This document shows, piece by piece, positions 39,201 through 54,410 of a stretch of DNA of 64,000 bases. The stretch covers positions 124,558,001-124,622,000 of the forward strand of contig OZ024743.1 in the NCBI GenBank assembly GCA_964016885.1. The letters run 5' to 3'. Positions within the stretch are counted from its first letter, which is position 1. Every line of letters starts with the position of its first letter. This stretch comes from Eledone cirrhosa (taxonomy: Eukaryota). Under the pieces are notes generated by a model. It was not told the DNA's origin and ran no database searches. It saw nothing but the letters and a program-made list of their open reading frames with translations. A program made the position numbers and the translations under genes.

Positions 39201-41317
39201 AGACCGGATTAGCGAATTAGTTAAGCGTGCGTTGACGGGTGCGATCGTCAACAACACGTGGTGGTTTACCCTGAAAAGAGCTATTAGAGTAGAATCGATA
39301 AGGCTTAGCAAAGGAGTAGTGATAGAGGAAAATAGAGTAGAGGGAGAGTTAGTTAGAAAGATAGAAGAGGCGTTTAGGACAGGCATCGCAACCGACGTAC
39401 TTGCGGCGAGATTGGCACTCGACCAATTCTTCAACGCAAAGCATGAAGGCTGCGTTGTCAGAACTAGAGCGCTTGCTCTAAGACACGAGGGGATGAAACC
39501 GTTCAATGGATCCGGGTGGTGGAGGCGCGACGTGGCAACAAGTCCACAATTCGGTCTTTGCCTGATCAAAACAGGCGCATGTTGCTCGAACCCGAGCAGA
39601 TGTGTGCGGCTTTTCAGCAGCACTTTGCTCAATTGTTCGGGAGCGGCGGCGGGCCGGATCGGAGTATGGACTTCGGTGCATACCTCGACGGACTGCCGCG
39701 GCTCTCGACGACCGCAGCGCAGTGCTGCGAAAATCCGATAACAGCAGGTGAAATACGAGAAGCAATGTCTGACTGCATGAGGGGTAAATCGCCAGGTTTG
39801 GATGGTCTGTCCTACGAGATTTATGCGTACATGCCAGACTTGTTCGGTGACCTCTTGGCAGATGTCTACTGTAACTGGCAGCAGAACGGAAGCATTCCCA
39901 GTTTTGTGAGCCGGGGAGCGATGGCGCTGCTGAGAAAAGACCCGAACAAGGGGGACGCTATAGACAACTTCAGGCCCATAACTCTGCTAAACGCAGAGTT
40001 TAAGATTTTGGCTAAGATGTTAGCAAAGAGATTGGCGCTTGTCGTCGGTGATCTGGTGGGAGAGGCACAAACATGCGCCATTCCGGACAGATCCATGCAC
40101 GACAACCTCCATCTCATGTGATACATCATAGGGAGGGTGGTTAAGGAACCTGGCAGGGGTGAGACGCTGATCAACTTGGATCAATCTAAAGCATTTAGGG
40201 GCTGGATCGCTGCGATGCACAGCGACATCTGCTCGATTGTGAGGGTGAATGGTCACCTGTGGCAGCCTTTCAGCATCATGCGCTCGGTTCGCCAGGGTTG
40301 ACCCCTCTTGTCCCTCTTGTATGCATGTCCCCGAGCCGTTACTGCACAAATTGGATGCGGGAGATCCGTGTCGGCTTATGCCGACGACGTCACCATGGTG
40401 GTGTCGAGCACCAAACACGTCCAGATACTCGGCACCGCTCTCAGGGAATATGAAGCGGTGACAGAAGCAAAGATATACCAGGAAAAGTCGGTGGGCTTGC
40501 AGCTCGGCACCTGTAGAGGCAAGTCCATGTCGTCAGACAGCGTCGTGGGGCGCTGGACGGATGGACCGGTTAAATTGCTCGGGGTCTGGTTCGGTCCGGA
40601 CCTCCCGATAGAGAAAAACTGGAGCGAGGTGACGAGCAGGGTGGCCTCTCTCCCCCAGATATGGGCCGAAAAGATGCTGTCTCTGAAAGGTCGGGCGGAG
40701 GTGCGGAATGCGTACATCCCGTCCGTCATCTGCTACCGCCTGACCGTCGAGCCTTGCCCCCTCCCAACTCTGACCGAAATGGAGCGCCTTCTCTTCCGCT
40801 TTTTGTGGAAGGGACGTGCTCCCACGGTCAGACGATCCATTTGCTATCAACACCCGTTGCGTGGAGGACTATGCATGCCGTGGCTGATGATGCGCAAACA
40901 TGCGCTGAGGCTGCGACACCTCTGGTGTTTCCTTGACGGTGAACAGGTGTGGTCGCCGTTTGCCAGACGCGCTTTTCCCCAGCTCGTCTCCTTGACAGAG
41001 CTGCAGACCTGGGTCAGGAAAAGACCGAGGGATAACGCTTGGAAACTGGAATGTCTCCAGGCGCTCACTGCCCTCTGCCAGTATCGGTGGAACATCCACC
41101 TCGGCGTTCTATAGAGGACAAGTGGAGGGGAAGAGCGACGACGTTCTCCAAGAGATCCTGGGCGTCGAAGAAGATCAGCTGTTTGCTCTCTTCCGGAGAA
41201 ATTTCAGCCCAGGGCCTATGGATAACTTCCAAAAATCCCTGGCCTGGCAGTGCTGCCAGGGAGCGTTGCCGGTTTGAGATAAGCTCTACAGGCACGGAAG
41301 TGCCGTCAGCCGAGCCT
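36201..41317 (+). mobile_element. Tx1/L1-clade LINE copy 1: ORF1 (36565 to about 38390) plus ORF2 APE-RT, 3' truncated
   Basis: ORF1 is N/T-rich, then VEGRRPKWYLCG (degenerate knuckle). ORF2 has ISETR, VGDWN, SYLDR, GPGYWKLN, KSPGLDG, NFRPITLLN, YADD and LLGVWF. Confidence 0.9.
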
Positions 41318-44300
41318 GTGAGTGTCAAACTGACCCACCCCCCTCCCCGGGATGGCTCCTTCTTGGCTGGCCGCGTCTGTCCTCGTCGGAATCGAGGACA
41401 AAACAACTGTGTACTGCAAGTACAGAAAAAAGTACGAGAAGATTGGGTCGGTACCTCCATTGAGATATTAATCCAAACCAACCAACAGTGCATCGAAGCT
41501 ATCCCGGATGTGATAGACTTCGATAACGGCACTCAACTGCCCATAAGTGTTGAGGGCAAACGCCCGAAATGCTTTTGCTGTGGATCGAAGACTCACCTCA
41601 GGGCCTTCTGCAATGAGAAGACCCTGAGAAAGGCGAAAACCCCCTCCTTCCGAAACCGGCTCCACTGCTACCAGAAACAGGACAGGCGGCAACCAGGAAG
41701 GATAGGTCCGTGGCACCCATACCCACGCCACGGAAATCAAGAACAGCAGCAGCAGTGAAAGTATTAACAACAACAACAGCAATTCCAACTGCAGCTGCAA
41801 CAGAGACCTCACTGCAAACATCAGCAACAACAAGTGAAAGAGTGGAGCTGGTACCCTCCCCGACCTCACAGAATCGGACATGGAGTGTGAGGTGGGATAG
41901 GGATGGCAAAAAAGAAGGCACAAACGCAGAAGCAGCGCATCGTCGCCTTCGAAAAGGGAGGAAAGAAATGAAAAAAGGGTAAAGGCTACTGCAAAGAGAC
42001 TTACAGCAGCAACACCACCAACACCATCACCACCCACACTAGCACCACCATCACCACTGGCGGCAACTCCACCGCAAACAACAACACCTTCAACACCACC
42101 ACCACAAGCACCAACATCGCAAACACAACAACAAAACACACACACCCTGCAACAACGACAAGAAAATAACAGAACCACACCCCACCCCCAGAAAAACAAA
42201 TGCACAGCAATAAATACACACAACAAGAAACTAATGACTTACATAATTGAACACACAGACATTTCACAGCACGACTACATAATACCAGCTCCAATCAAAA
42301 CACCAACGACCATAAGACTGGTAAAAATAGCACAGAAGCAATACACAAACGTTAAAACGAAATTCCCCAACGCAGTTGGTGATTTCAGAGACCTAGGAGG
42401 GACACTCAACCGGAGAGTATATTCGGATATACTCACAGAAGAGCCGACGACCAGTCGAAGGGGCGATTCAACGGTCCCTTCACCAGATGATCAAGTGAAA
42501 AGAGATGGAGAAACCATCCTTCCTCTATGAGAAGTAAGGTAAGTGGTCTTTCCCATCTTTTCCACTTCATTTCAACATGACCTCACTCAGAATGGGCAGT
42601 TTAAATGCGCGTGGCTTGGGGTCGTCATGGAAGCAGGGCCACCTGCTCAACGACCTCAGGTCACTAAGCATAGATGTAGTGGCCATCAGCGAGACCAGAA
42701 TCTCCGAAGCACGGGCCTTCGCACCGATCTTCGGCGGCTACGATGTGTACGCATCTCCCAGCCGTCCGGGATCGGGGGGAGGAGTTGCTGTGCTTTTTCG
42801 GAGAGGTTTGGATCTCGCCATACGGGCTATCTTCCTGGACCCAGAAGGTAAGTTGGTGGTGCTGGACGTGACCAGCGGAGACGGGCAAGCTTTCAGGCTA
42901 GTGGCCGTCTATGCCCCGACAGGCCTGATTTCTTCCGGCGTCTGGAGACATTTCTAGGAACGTCCCGCTCTTTAGTGTTAGTGGGCGACTGGAACGGGAT
43001 CTTAGATGCACGCTGGGACTGTGTGGGATTAGCGGATAGGGGAGGAGGGTGCAAGAGCCTCACCAACCTGCTCAGGCGTTTTGAACTGTCTGACAGGTAC
43101 CGATTGGATTTCCCGAATGTGCCAATGTGGACTTGGACAAACCGCATAGGGCCATCCAGATCATATCTAGATATAGTATTTTGTAGGGAAATAGATAGGT
43201 CTAACATAGGCTGTCCACAATTCCAACAACAAGTGGTGGTTTGCTCTGAAAAGAGCGATTAGAATAGAGTCCATTAGGTTTAGTAAGGCTTTAGCAATAG
43301 AGAAAAATAGAGCAGATGGAACCGTTCGGAACCGTTCAACATCATGCGCTCGGTCCGCCAAGGATGTCCCCTCTCGTCCCTCTTGTACGTATTGACTCTC
43401 GAGCCATTACTGCACAAACTGGAGACGTTGAGGGACGTCCCGCGCGAACTAGGATGCGGAAGATCCGTGTCAACATATGCGGACGATGTCACCGTAGTGG
43501 TGTCGAAACGGTGACAGGAGCAATGATCAACCAGGAAAAGTCAGTGGGCCTGCAGCTCGGCACCTGGAGAGGCAGGTCCATGCCGTCCAACAGCGTCGTT
43601 GGGCGCTGGACGGACCGGTTAAATTGCTAGGGGTCTGGTTCGGTCCAGACCTCCAGACGGACAAAAACTGGGACGAGGTGACGAGCAGGGTGGCTTCTCT
43701 CACCCAGAAATGGGCGGAGAGGAAGCTATCCCTGAAAGGTCGAGCGGAGGTGGCTAACGCGTACATCGCGTCCGCAATCTGCTACCGCCTGACCGTCGTA
43801 TCTTGTCCTAAGCCCCGCCTGACTGCGCTGGAGCGTTTGCTCTTTCGCTTTTTGTGGAAGGGACGCGCTCCGATGGTCAGGCGGTCCATCTGTTGTCAAC
43901 ACCCGCTACGTGGGGAGGGGGGGGGGGATGGGCACGCCGTGGCTGATGATGCGCAGACACGCACACAGGCTACGACATCTCCACCTCTTCCTCGGCGGCG
44001 ATCAGGTGTGGTCGCCGTTTGCAAGACGCGTCTTTCCTCAGCTCGTCTACTTGACGGAGCTGCAATCCTGGGTCAAGCGAAGACCGAAAGTGAGCGCTTG
44101 GTGACTGGAATGTCTTCAGGCGCTCACAGCCCTCGACCAATCGGGCAATGTGATCGGTGGAAACTCCATCTCGGCGTTCTATAGAGGATTAGTGGAGGGG
44201 AAGAGCGACGACGTACTTGGGGAAACTCTAGGCCTCGACGAAAATCAACTAGCCAATCTCTTCGGATGAACTTTCGGGCCGGGGCCTATGGACACTTCCA

Positions 44301-45033
44301 GAAATCCCTGGCCTGGCAGTGCTACCGAGGAGCCTTGCCAGTTCGAGATAAACTCTACAGGCATGGAGGTGCCGTCAGCCGGGCATGTCCGAGATGCGCG
44401 CAGGGCGACGAAACCGTCCTGCACGCACTGTCCGAGAATTGCTGACTTGTGGGTTTATGTCGAACACCTGCTGTCGCGTGTAGGATGGATCCGGCTATCA
44501 GCTGAGTCCATCGTGAGGATTTCCCCGCCCTCTTCCTTTAGCCGGGAAGGGCAGGCAGTTTTTATCTGTCTGGTGGCCATGGCGAAAGAGATAGTATGGT
44601 GGACACGTTTGAAAGGGCTGAAGACGAGCACTTACCTCTTCGGTGGTGCACTGACTGAATTTTTCAAATTTCATTTGAAAAGGAAAATCAGGGTAGAGAG
44701 GGAAGTGCTCTCTTCCCAGCATTTTGTTGAAAGATGGGTGAGAGAAGCAAGAATGGCCCGAGTAAATGGGCCTACTCTGAGTATGTGTCTGTAAATTAAA
44801 GGTGGAAAACTGGGAGAGGGCACTTGCCCTGGTGGTCAGGGTCACTGTGGCCTTTTAATGGGCTTTCTCCACAAATGTCCCTCGGAAGTCTCCCCCCTAC
44901 TGGGGAATTTTTCATTGTAATTTTTTTATTACATCCTCTGTTTTTTGTTTTTTACACGCAGAAATGCCCATTTGTACCCACCTGTATTTCCTGTACTGTC
45001 CTTAATGTCTACTTTATGTAAACCCTTGTGGTT
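41318..45033 (+). mobile_element. Tx1/L1-clade LINE copy 2: 3' half of ORF1, internally deleted ORF2, 3' UTR
   Basis: CFCCGSKTHLRAFC CCHC knuckle; APE 42577-43225; deletions at about 43225 and 43316 remove much of the RT; C-terminus 44288-44794. Confidence 0.9.
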
Positions 45034-45040
45034 ATTGTTG

Positions 45041-45587
45041 TTTGAGTCTCAGTCATTGATGTTAGTTAACTGGAAAGTTTGTTGAAATGAATATCAAGCC
45101 ACTACCTGCAGCCTCAGATATTCAGGACGTATTGGAGGGTTCTTGCTGTTAGCAGCAAGCATGCCTTTTGAAGTGTTCCAAAAAGCGGGGTGGGGCCAAT
45201 TTTCTTTAACCATCCCTGGAAACATTTTGAGATAGTACCTAGTGCGACTATGACAATCGGGACCACTTTGACTTCATGGCAGTTCCAAATCCTTTTTACC
45301 TCCCACTTTAAGTCCTGGTATCGGTTAATTTTCTCCCTCTCCTTCTCTTGCACTCTCGTGTCGAATGGGCAGGCCACATCCACAATCAGGCACGATCTTT
45401 TTTCCTTGTCCAAAACCACCAGGTCAGGTCTATTGTGTTCCAGTTTCTTGTCCGTCTGTATCCTAAAATCCCACAGCACCTTCACATGATCGTTTTCTAT
45501 CACCGACTCTGGCTTATGCTCATACCACTTCTCAGAATGTGGTAAATTGTTTACTTTGCATAGGTGCCAGTGGATCACACCGCCCAT
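45041..45587 (-). mobile_element. Dong/R4-clade LINE 3' fragment with an intact restriction-like endonuclease
   Basis: LWDFRIQTDKKLEHNRPDLVVLDK..IVDVACPFD..EKINRY (PD-D/ExK-type RLE). Confidence 0.92.
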
Positions 45588-45620
45588 CATATTATTATTA
45601 TTATTATTGTTATTGTTATT

Positions 45621-48077
45621 CCTTGAATCTCAGTCATTGATGTTGGTTAACTGGAAAGTCCGTTGGATTGAATATCAAGCCACTACCTGCAGCCTCAGAT
45701 ATTCAGGACGTATCGGAGGGTTCTTGCTGTTCCAAGCAAGCATGCCTTTTGAAGCGTTCCAAAAAGTATCCTAAAATCCCACAGCACCTTCACCTGATTG
45801 TTCTCCATCACCGCCTCTGGCCTATGCTCATACCATTTCTCAGAATGTGGTAAATTGTTTACTTTGCACAGGTGCCAGTTGATCACCCTGCCCATCACAT
45901 CGTGTCTCCAGCCCTTATAGTGGGTCTGAGCTAGGTGTTTACACTCGGACACAATGTGAGCCACAGTCTCCTCTCTCTCTCCACAGATCCTGCACAGTGG
46001 GCTAGCCTCCTCCTTGTAGATATGGTGCTTCAACCACTTCGTTTTGAGGGCCTGCTCCTGCGCAGCCATTAGCATTCCTTCTGTAGCCTTTTTGAGGTCT
46101 CCTCTTCTCAACCAGTTCCATGTCTGTGGATCTCTAAATTCAGTTTTCTCAAAGAAGGTACTATGAAGGGATTTTCCCTTAAGGCTGCTCTTCCTCCTTG
46201 ATGTTATTTCCTCCTTGGACATCCCCTGGCCTACTGTCCCCTCCTTCAGTACAGTTCTGAGCATTGGCTCCTTACTATAGGTCACGTATTTGTATAGGTT
46301 GTTTTTCTCCATCTGAACACAGTCCTCTATGCTGATAAGACCTCTTCCACCCTCAGATCTCCTTAGGTAGAGTCTATCGACATCACTCCTCTTGTGGAAC
46401 ATGTTGTAGATAGTCAATAGCTTCCTAGTCTTCCTATCCATTTCTTTTTGTTCAGCCACATTCCATCTCAGAATTCCCGCACTGTACCTAATAATAGACA
46501 CAGCTCGGGAATTTACTGCGCTTATGGCATTTCTGCTGTTCAGATGTGACTTCAATACGCTCCTTACTCTCCGAATGTATTCAGTTCTTAACAATTCCTT
46601 CATTTTTTTGTTCTTTATGCCATCAGCCTCCAGAACGCCCAAATACTTGTATCCTTCCTCAGAGTCAATTTCCTTTATCATCTCACCTGTTGGTATCTGG
46701 ATCCCGTCACTTCTGCTCAACCTACCCCTCTTCATCACAATGACTCCACATTTACCAATACCAAACTGCATACATATATCACTGCTGAAAATACGGACAG
46801 TGTCAACAAGCACATCCAACTCCTTCTCACTTTTCCCGAAGAGCTTAAGATCGTCCATGAAGAGGAGGTGATTGATGGTAAGCTCTCCCCTTCCCAACTT
46901 GTATCCTGCTCTCACTTTTCGCAGCATAATGGTCAAGGGCAAGGACAAACAACAGAGGGGACAGGCTATCTCCCTGGAAGATACCTCTCTTGATCTTCAC
47001 GCTTCCCAAGGATACTCCAGTTGATGTCAACTCTGTCTCCCAGGACCCCATACTCCTGCCCAGCAACTGTCTGATGTTATCTGCCACCCTGAAGATCTCC
47101 AGGCTTTTGGTGATCCAGGAATGAGGCACCATGTCAAATGCCTTTCTGTAGTCTATCCATCCCATGGCAAGATCAGTGTGTCTCCTCCTGCAATTCCCCA
47201 TTACCATCTTATCAATAAGCAACTGGTCCTTTGTACCACGTGACTTCTTTCGGCATCCTTTCTGTTCGTCCGGTAACAAGTTGTTTGTGTGGAGGTGATG
47301 GTAGATTTCCTCAGACACAATGCTCGTCAACAGTTTCCACATTACGGGCAGACATGTGATAGGTCTATAGTTGGTAACATCATTACCCTTGATTCGGTCT
47401 TTCATTATCAGAACTGTGGTACCTTTTGTCAACCACTCTGGCACCTCACCCGACACCAAGCAGTCATTGAACATGGCCGTCAGCTTCGGGTGGAGGGATG
47501 TTAAATGTTTAATCCAATACCCCTGCACACCATCTGGGCTTGGTGATTTCCAGTTGGTTAGTTTTTTGGCTTGCCCCTTAAGAGTTTCAACTGTGATACT
47601 CAAATCAGTCTGTTGTTGTGCCTGCTCACCGATCTCCCTCTGTACTGTCTCAATCCACCCTGCCTGGGCATTGTGTCTAACATCCTGCTCCCATATTCCT
47701 CTCCAGAATGTTTTAGCTTGTTCCGCCCCAGGGATCAAGTCGTTGCCTCTTTCTTTCCCCTCAAGCTGTCCAAACAGCATCTTCTGGTTGTTGTCGAACA
47801 TGCGGTTCTGTTTATACTGACTGACTCTGTTCTCGTATCGCCTGATTTTGGCACTCTTTGCTACAATGCGTTGCTTCAATTCCTCTATGATAATATTTAG
47901 CTTTTTACTCCTAGTTTTGTATTTTATTTCCAGTCTATTTTTAGTGCCTATGTTTTTTAGTGTCCCATTCAGTAGTGACTCAAGCTTTCCTATGTCATTT
48001 CTCATTTCCCCGATTTGCCCACTCAGTCGCTTCTTCCACCACGGCTCTGCTCTTTCTTGTCTGTTGTTTCCTCTCGC

Positions 48078-48078
<1 letters not shown>
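45621..48078 (-). mobile_element. Dong/R4-clade LINE, 5'-truncated: RT plus CCHC, RLE core deleted; flanked by (TTA)n
   Basis: ORFs 46845-48005 (EQKGC, WIDYRKAFD, FQGDSLSP) and 45695-46948 (FMDD, YKYLG, CRICGEREETVAHIVSEC); (TTA)n at 45588-45620 and 48079-48143. Confidence 0.93.
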
Positions 48079-48142
<64 letters not shown>

Positions 48143-48144
<2 letters not shown>

Positions 48145-48511
48145 TCATTTGAAAAGGAAAATCAGGGTATAGAGGGAAGTGCTCTCTTCCCAGCATTTTG
48201 TTGAAAGATGGGTGAGAGAAGCAAGAATGGCCCGAGTGAATGGGCCTACTCTGAGTATATGCCTGTAAATTAAAGGTGGAAAACTGGGAGAGGGCACTTG
48301 CCCTGGTGGTCAGGGTCACTGTGGCCTTTTAATGGGCTTTCTCCACAAATGTCCCTCGGAAGTCTCCCCCCTATTGGGGAATTTTTCATTGTTATTTTGT
48401 ATTACATCCTCTGTTTTTTTACACGCAGAAATGCCCATTTGTACCACCCTGTATTGTCCTGTACTGTCTTAATGTCTACTTTATATAAACCATTGTGGTT
48501 AATAAAGAAAG

Positions 48512-48512
<1 letters not shown>
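48143..48512 (+). mobile_element. 3' end of the Tx1-like family, with (TTA)n on both sides
   Basis: Similar to 44669-45033; ends in aataaagaaagc followed by (att)n. Confidence 0.9.
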
Positions 48513-48547
<35 letters not shown>

Positions 48548-48550
<3 letters not shown>

Positions 48551-48605
48551 AGTACCAGTAATGCACTGGGTAATTGCTGGCCTTGTGCCTAAAGTAGAAA
48601 CAATT
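48548..48605 (+). mobile_element. SINE 3' end inserted in (TTA)n
   Basis: aaagtaccagtaatgcactgggtaattgctggccttgtgcctaaagtagaaacaatt. Confidence 0.8.
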
Positions 48606-49087
48606 ATTATTATTATTATTGTCGTTATTATTATTATTGTTTTTTTTCTTTCGTGCAATGGTTATACTCGATAACGAGGGGGCAGCCATCATGTATGTAT
48701 GGGCGGCTTGCTCTATCAAAATAATGAAGTGCATTAAATGTGTATATGTATATATATATATGTATATATGACCTAATGTGCGACTGAATATGTTGGTGTT
48801 TGTAATTGTATGCTTTAATATGTAGCTGTTTCCCATGCAACACAATAAAAGCTAGCCATTATCATAAGTGACAAGTTTTTATCTATTTGTTTGTTTATTT
48901 CGTTAATTCATGTAACAGGTCAAGACAGTGGGTTGAAGTCGTGTGTATATTTAGATGTATCTATGTGCAATCATGCACCACGTCGGTATGCCAATGAACA
49001 TATATTTGTGTTAGTGTGCGGGCGCATGCTTTAATGCATCATATTGGTATGTCCATGTGTGTGTGTGTGTGTGTGTGTGTCTCTCTC

Positions 49088-49180
<93 letters not shown>

Positions 49181-49211
49181 ATATATATATGTGTGTTTGT
49201 GTGTGTGTGTG

Positions 49212-49243
<32 letters not shown>

Positions 49244-49261
49244 ATGTGTGTCTGTGTGTGA

Positions 49262-49380
49262 AGGCGCGTGGCTGAGTGGTTAGAGAATTGGATTCGCAAT
49301 CGTGAGGTTGTGCATTCGATTCCCAGACCGGGCGATGCGTTATGTCGTTGAGCAAGACACTTTGTATCACGTTGCTCTCC
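49262..49380 (+). mobile_element. tRNA-derived SINE 5' part
   Basis: A box tggctgagtgg, B-box-like attcgattccc, then ttgagcaagacactt. Confidence 0.75.
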
Positions 49381-49494
49381 TTCTACCTGGAGTTGCGACC
49401 GTCAGATAGTATTAACAATTGGGAAGACCAAAAGAAACATTGTTTCCTCGGTTCGATCTGACTAAGGTCGATCGACTGTCGATATACGTATATG

Positions 49495-52140
<2,646 letters not shown>

Positions 52141-52143
52141 ACA

Positions 52144-53226
52144 ACTACCCTGCATCACTAATTGACAATGGAACCCAACGTTCCCTAAAACTCAGTACCC
52201 AGGACCTTAGACACCCTAAAGTAAATCAACCGAAACTAAAAGCTCTTCCATACATCTCCACACACAACCCCCTCAACAATGCGGCCTTGACACCATCCCA
52301 CAGAACATCCCTATGTTGAAAAAGGACCATAGAATGAACCAAATCCGACGAACACACGATATCATAAAGAGCAAAAGACAATCCAAGTCAATGAAAAACA
52401 TCCTAACACATGCCAAAGTACTGCCAACCACAACAACGAAACCGACAGTAAAAGAATGCGATAGACCCAACTGTGGCATTTGCATCAACCTAATAGAGGG
52501 TTCGGAATTCTATTTCAAACAAGGACAAACTTTTTTTGTGTTTTATAGTAAAACACAATTTCACATGTGCATCGGAAAATCTAATATATGTATTAACTTG
52601 CTCAGGTTGTCGAGAAAAATACATAGGCCAGACCAAAAACAGCCTCCCCCAACACATGACTGTCCATAGATCCCAAATTAAAATACGGGAATACAGGAAA
52701 ATACCACTGAGTGAAAACATTGATACCTGTGCCGCCCATAATCATCCCAACTTCAGAATCTTTCCCCTCTACAAATTTAAAGATAATGCCACCCACACCC
52801 AGCGCATCAGCAAGGAATCTTACTTTATTAACAAATACGGACCCCGTCTAAACACTTCTCCCTAAGACGAACCCACAACATACACACGTCAACATACATA
52901 CCTACATCAGCACACATCTCTACCCACATATAAACACAATGACATACGTAAACACACATGTTCTATGGTGCAACACAAAAAAATATATGTATATATATAT
53001 ATATATAGTGAATATCATTTCACACCTTTTATTGTTAAGATTTTTTATGTTCTATTAAGAGAACCGATTTTACTGAAAATATCGAATAATGTACACCATT
53101 TTACCAGGGGGAAAAAAATACTGATCCACCCACACACATTCTCACACACACACACATATATATATACACACACACACACATACACACGCGTACATTAACA
53201 TACAAAGAGACTTATACACACACACA

Positions 53227-53267
<41 letters not shown>

Positions 53268-53373
53268 CTCCGTATAAGACAAAAGCTGAAAAATATCTTT
53301 TGACATGCTAAAATACCCCCAACTGCTTACAGACACATTCCTACTGACCATCCCGCTACCACGAATTACTCTG

Positions 53374-53471
<98 letters not shown>

Positions 53472-54044
53472 ATCTTAATAGCCATTTGAACTGTCAACAG
53501 GCTGCGGTTCACACACACATCCCTGCTAACCATTATCACAACATCGAACACTTTACTAATACTACTACACACACACACGCACACACACATTTGTTGTGAA
53601 AGAGTCATTTCTCAGTCTTGGCGCAAAATCAATTTTTTACATTGTTTTGACCACAAGAATGTTTGCAACACCAAGTAGCGCTGGAGTCACTTTTTTAACA
53701 TAAAAACAGTCTTGGCGCAAAATCAATTTTTTACATTCACATGACCTCTACCGACCAATCAAAATTGTTTTTACCACAAGAATTTTTGCAACACCAAAGT
53801 AACGCTGGAGCCACTTTTTAAACATAAAAACAGGTAGAATTCCCAAAACTAATCAGATCAGAGCAAACAACACGGACGCTCTATCTCAAAATTATTTTTG
53901 AAAAGCATTTAGAAATGCGCAACCGGTAAAAACTTAAAAACTTAAAACCACAACTGAATACTAACCCATACAATTACTAATACTCTTTTATTCCTAATTA
54001 AACTATTTTTCAACTGTGAACAATTTGTCAGCATTTTCTATTCC

Positions 54045-54050
<6 letters not shown>
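52144..54050 (+). mobile_element. Inverted second arm of the same PLE (linker, GIY-YIG, pseudo-LTR)
   Basis: Reverse complement of about 49595-51622; LIYVLTCSGCREKYIGQTK. Confidence 0.93.
53895..53931 (+). ncRNA. Hammerhead-like motif, U3:A8 core with A13C (copies at 49714-49750 minus and 63626-63662 plus)
   Basis: ttt-TTGAAAA-gcattt/ag/aaatgc-GCAA-c-cg-GTA-aaa. Confidence 0.6.
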
Positions 54051-54112
<62 letters not shown>

Positions 54113-54159
54113 GATAAAGACCCCCTTTTGTCACGAGTAACCATTGGTTTTGCACCTAG

Positions 54160-54410
54160 ATCACTTTCCATGTGGCATGGGTTGGACGGACCGTTACAGA
54201 ATAGCTGCTCTTTTTGCTCAATATGTTCCGTTTATGTTTGGTTTCTACAGTCTGATGTCCTTCCTAATGCCAACCGCTTTTCAGAGTGTACTGGGTGCAT
54301 TTTATTGTGACAGCACAAATAGAGGTGTTTTCGTATCCTTAACTCTTCTTTATCATTATATGGCATGGTTCCTACGACTAGATACCCTTCCTAACGCCGG
54401 CCACATTCAT
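54160..54410 (-). mobile_element. RTE-related 3' end or SINE tail
   Basis: tttccatg..gcatgggttggacgg and tttctac...gatgtccttcctaatgccaacc resemble the RTE 3' UTR at 12635-12770. Confidence 0.6.

Noticed and set aside
37241-42294. Long antisense ORFs over the Tx1 and other LINEs
   Set aside because: Shadow frames of coding or low-complexity sequence with no recognisable motifs.
48143-48512. Large target-site duplication of 44669-45033 caused by Dong insertion
   Set aside because: Several substitutions and indels between the two, and (TTA)n on both sides, fit an independent truncated insertion better.
49262-49335. tRNA gene
   Set aside because: A and B boxes are present but there is no acceptor stem pairing, and it continues into a SINE body.
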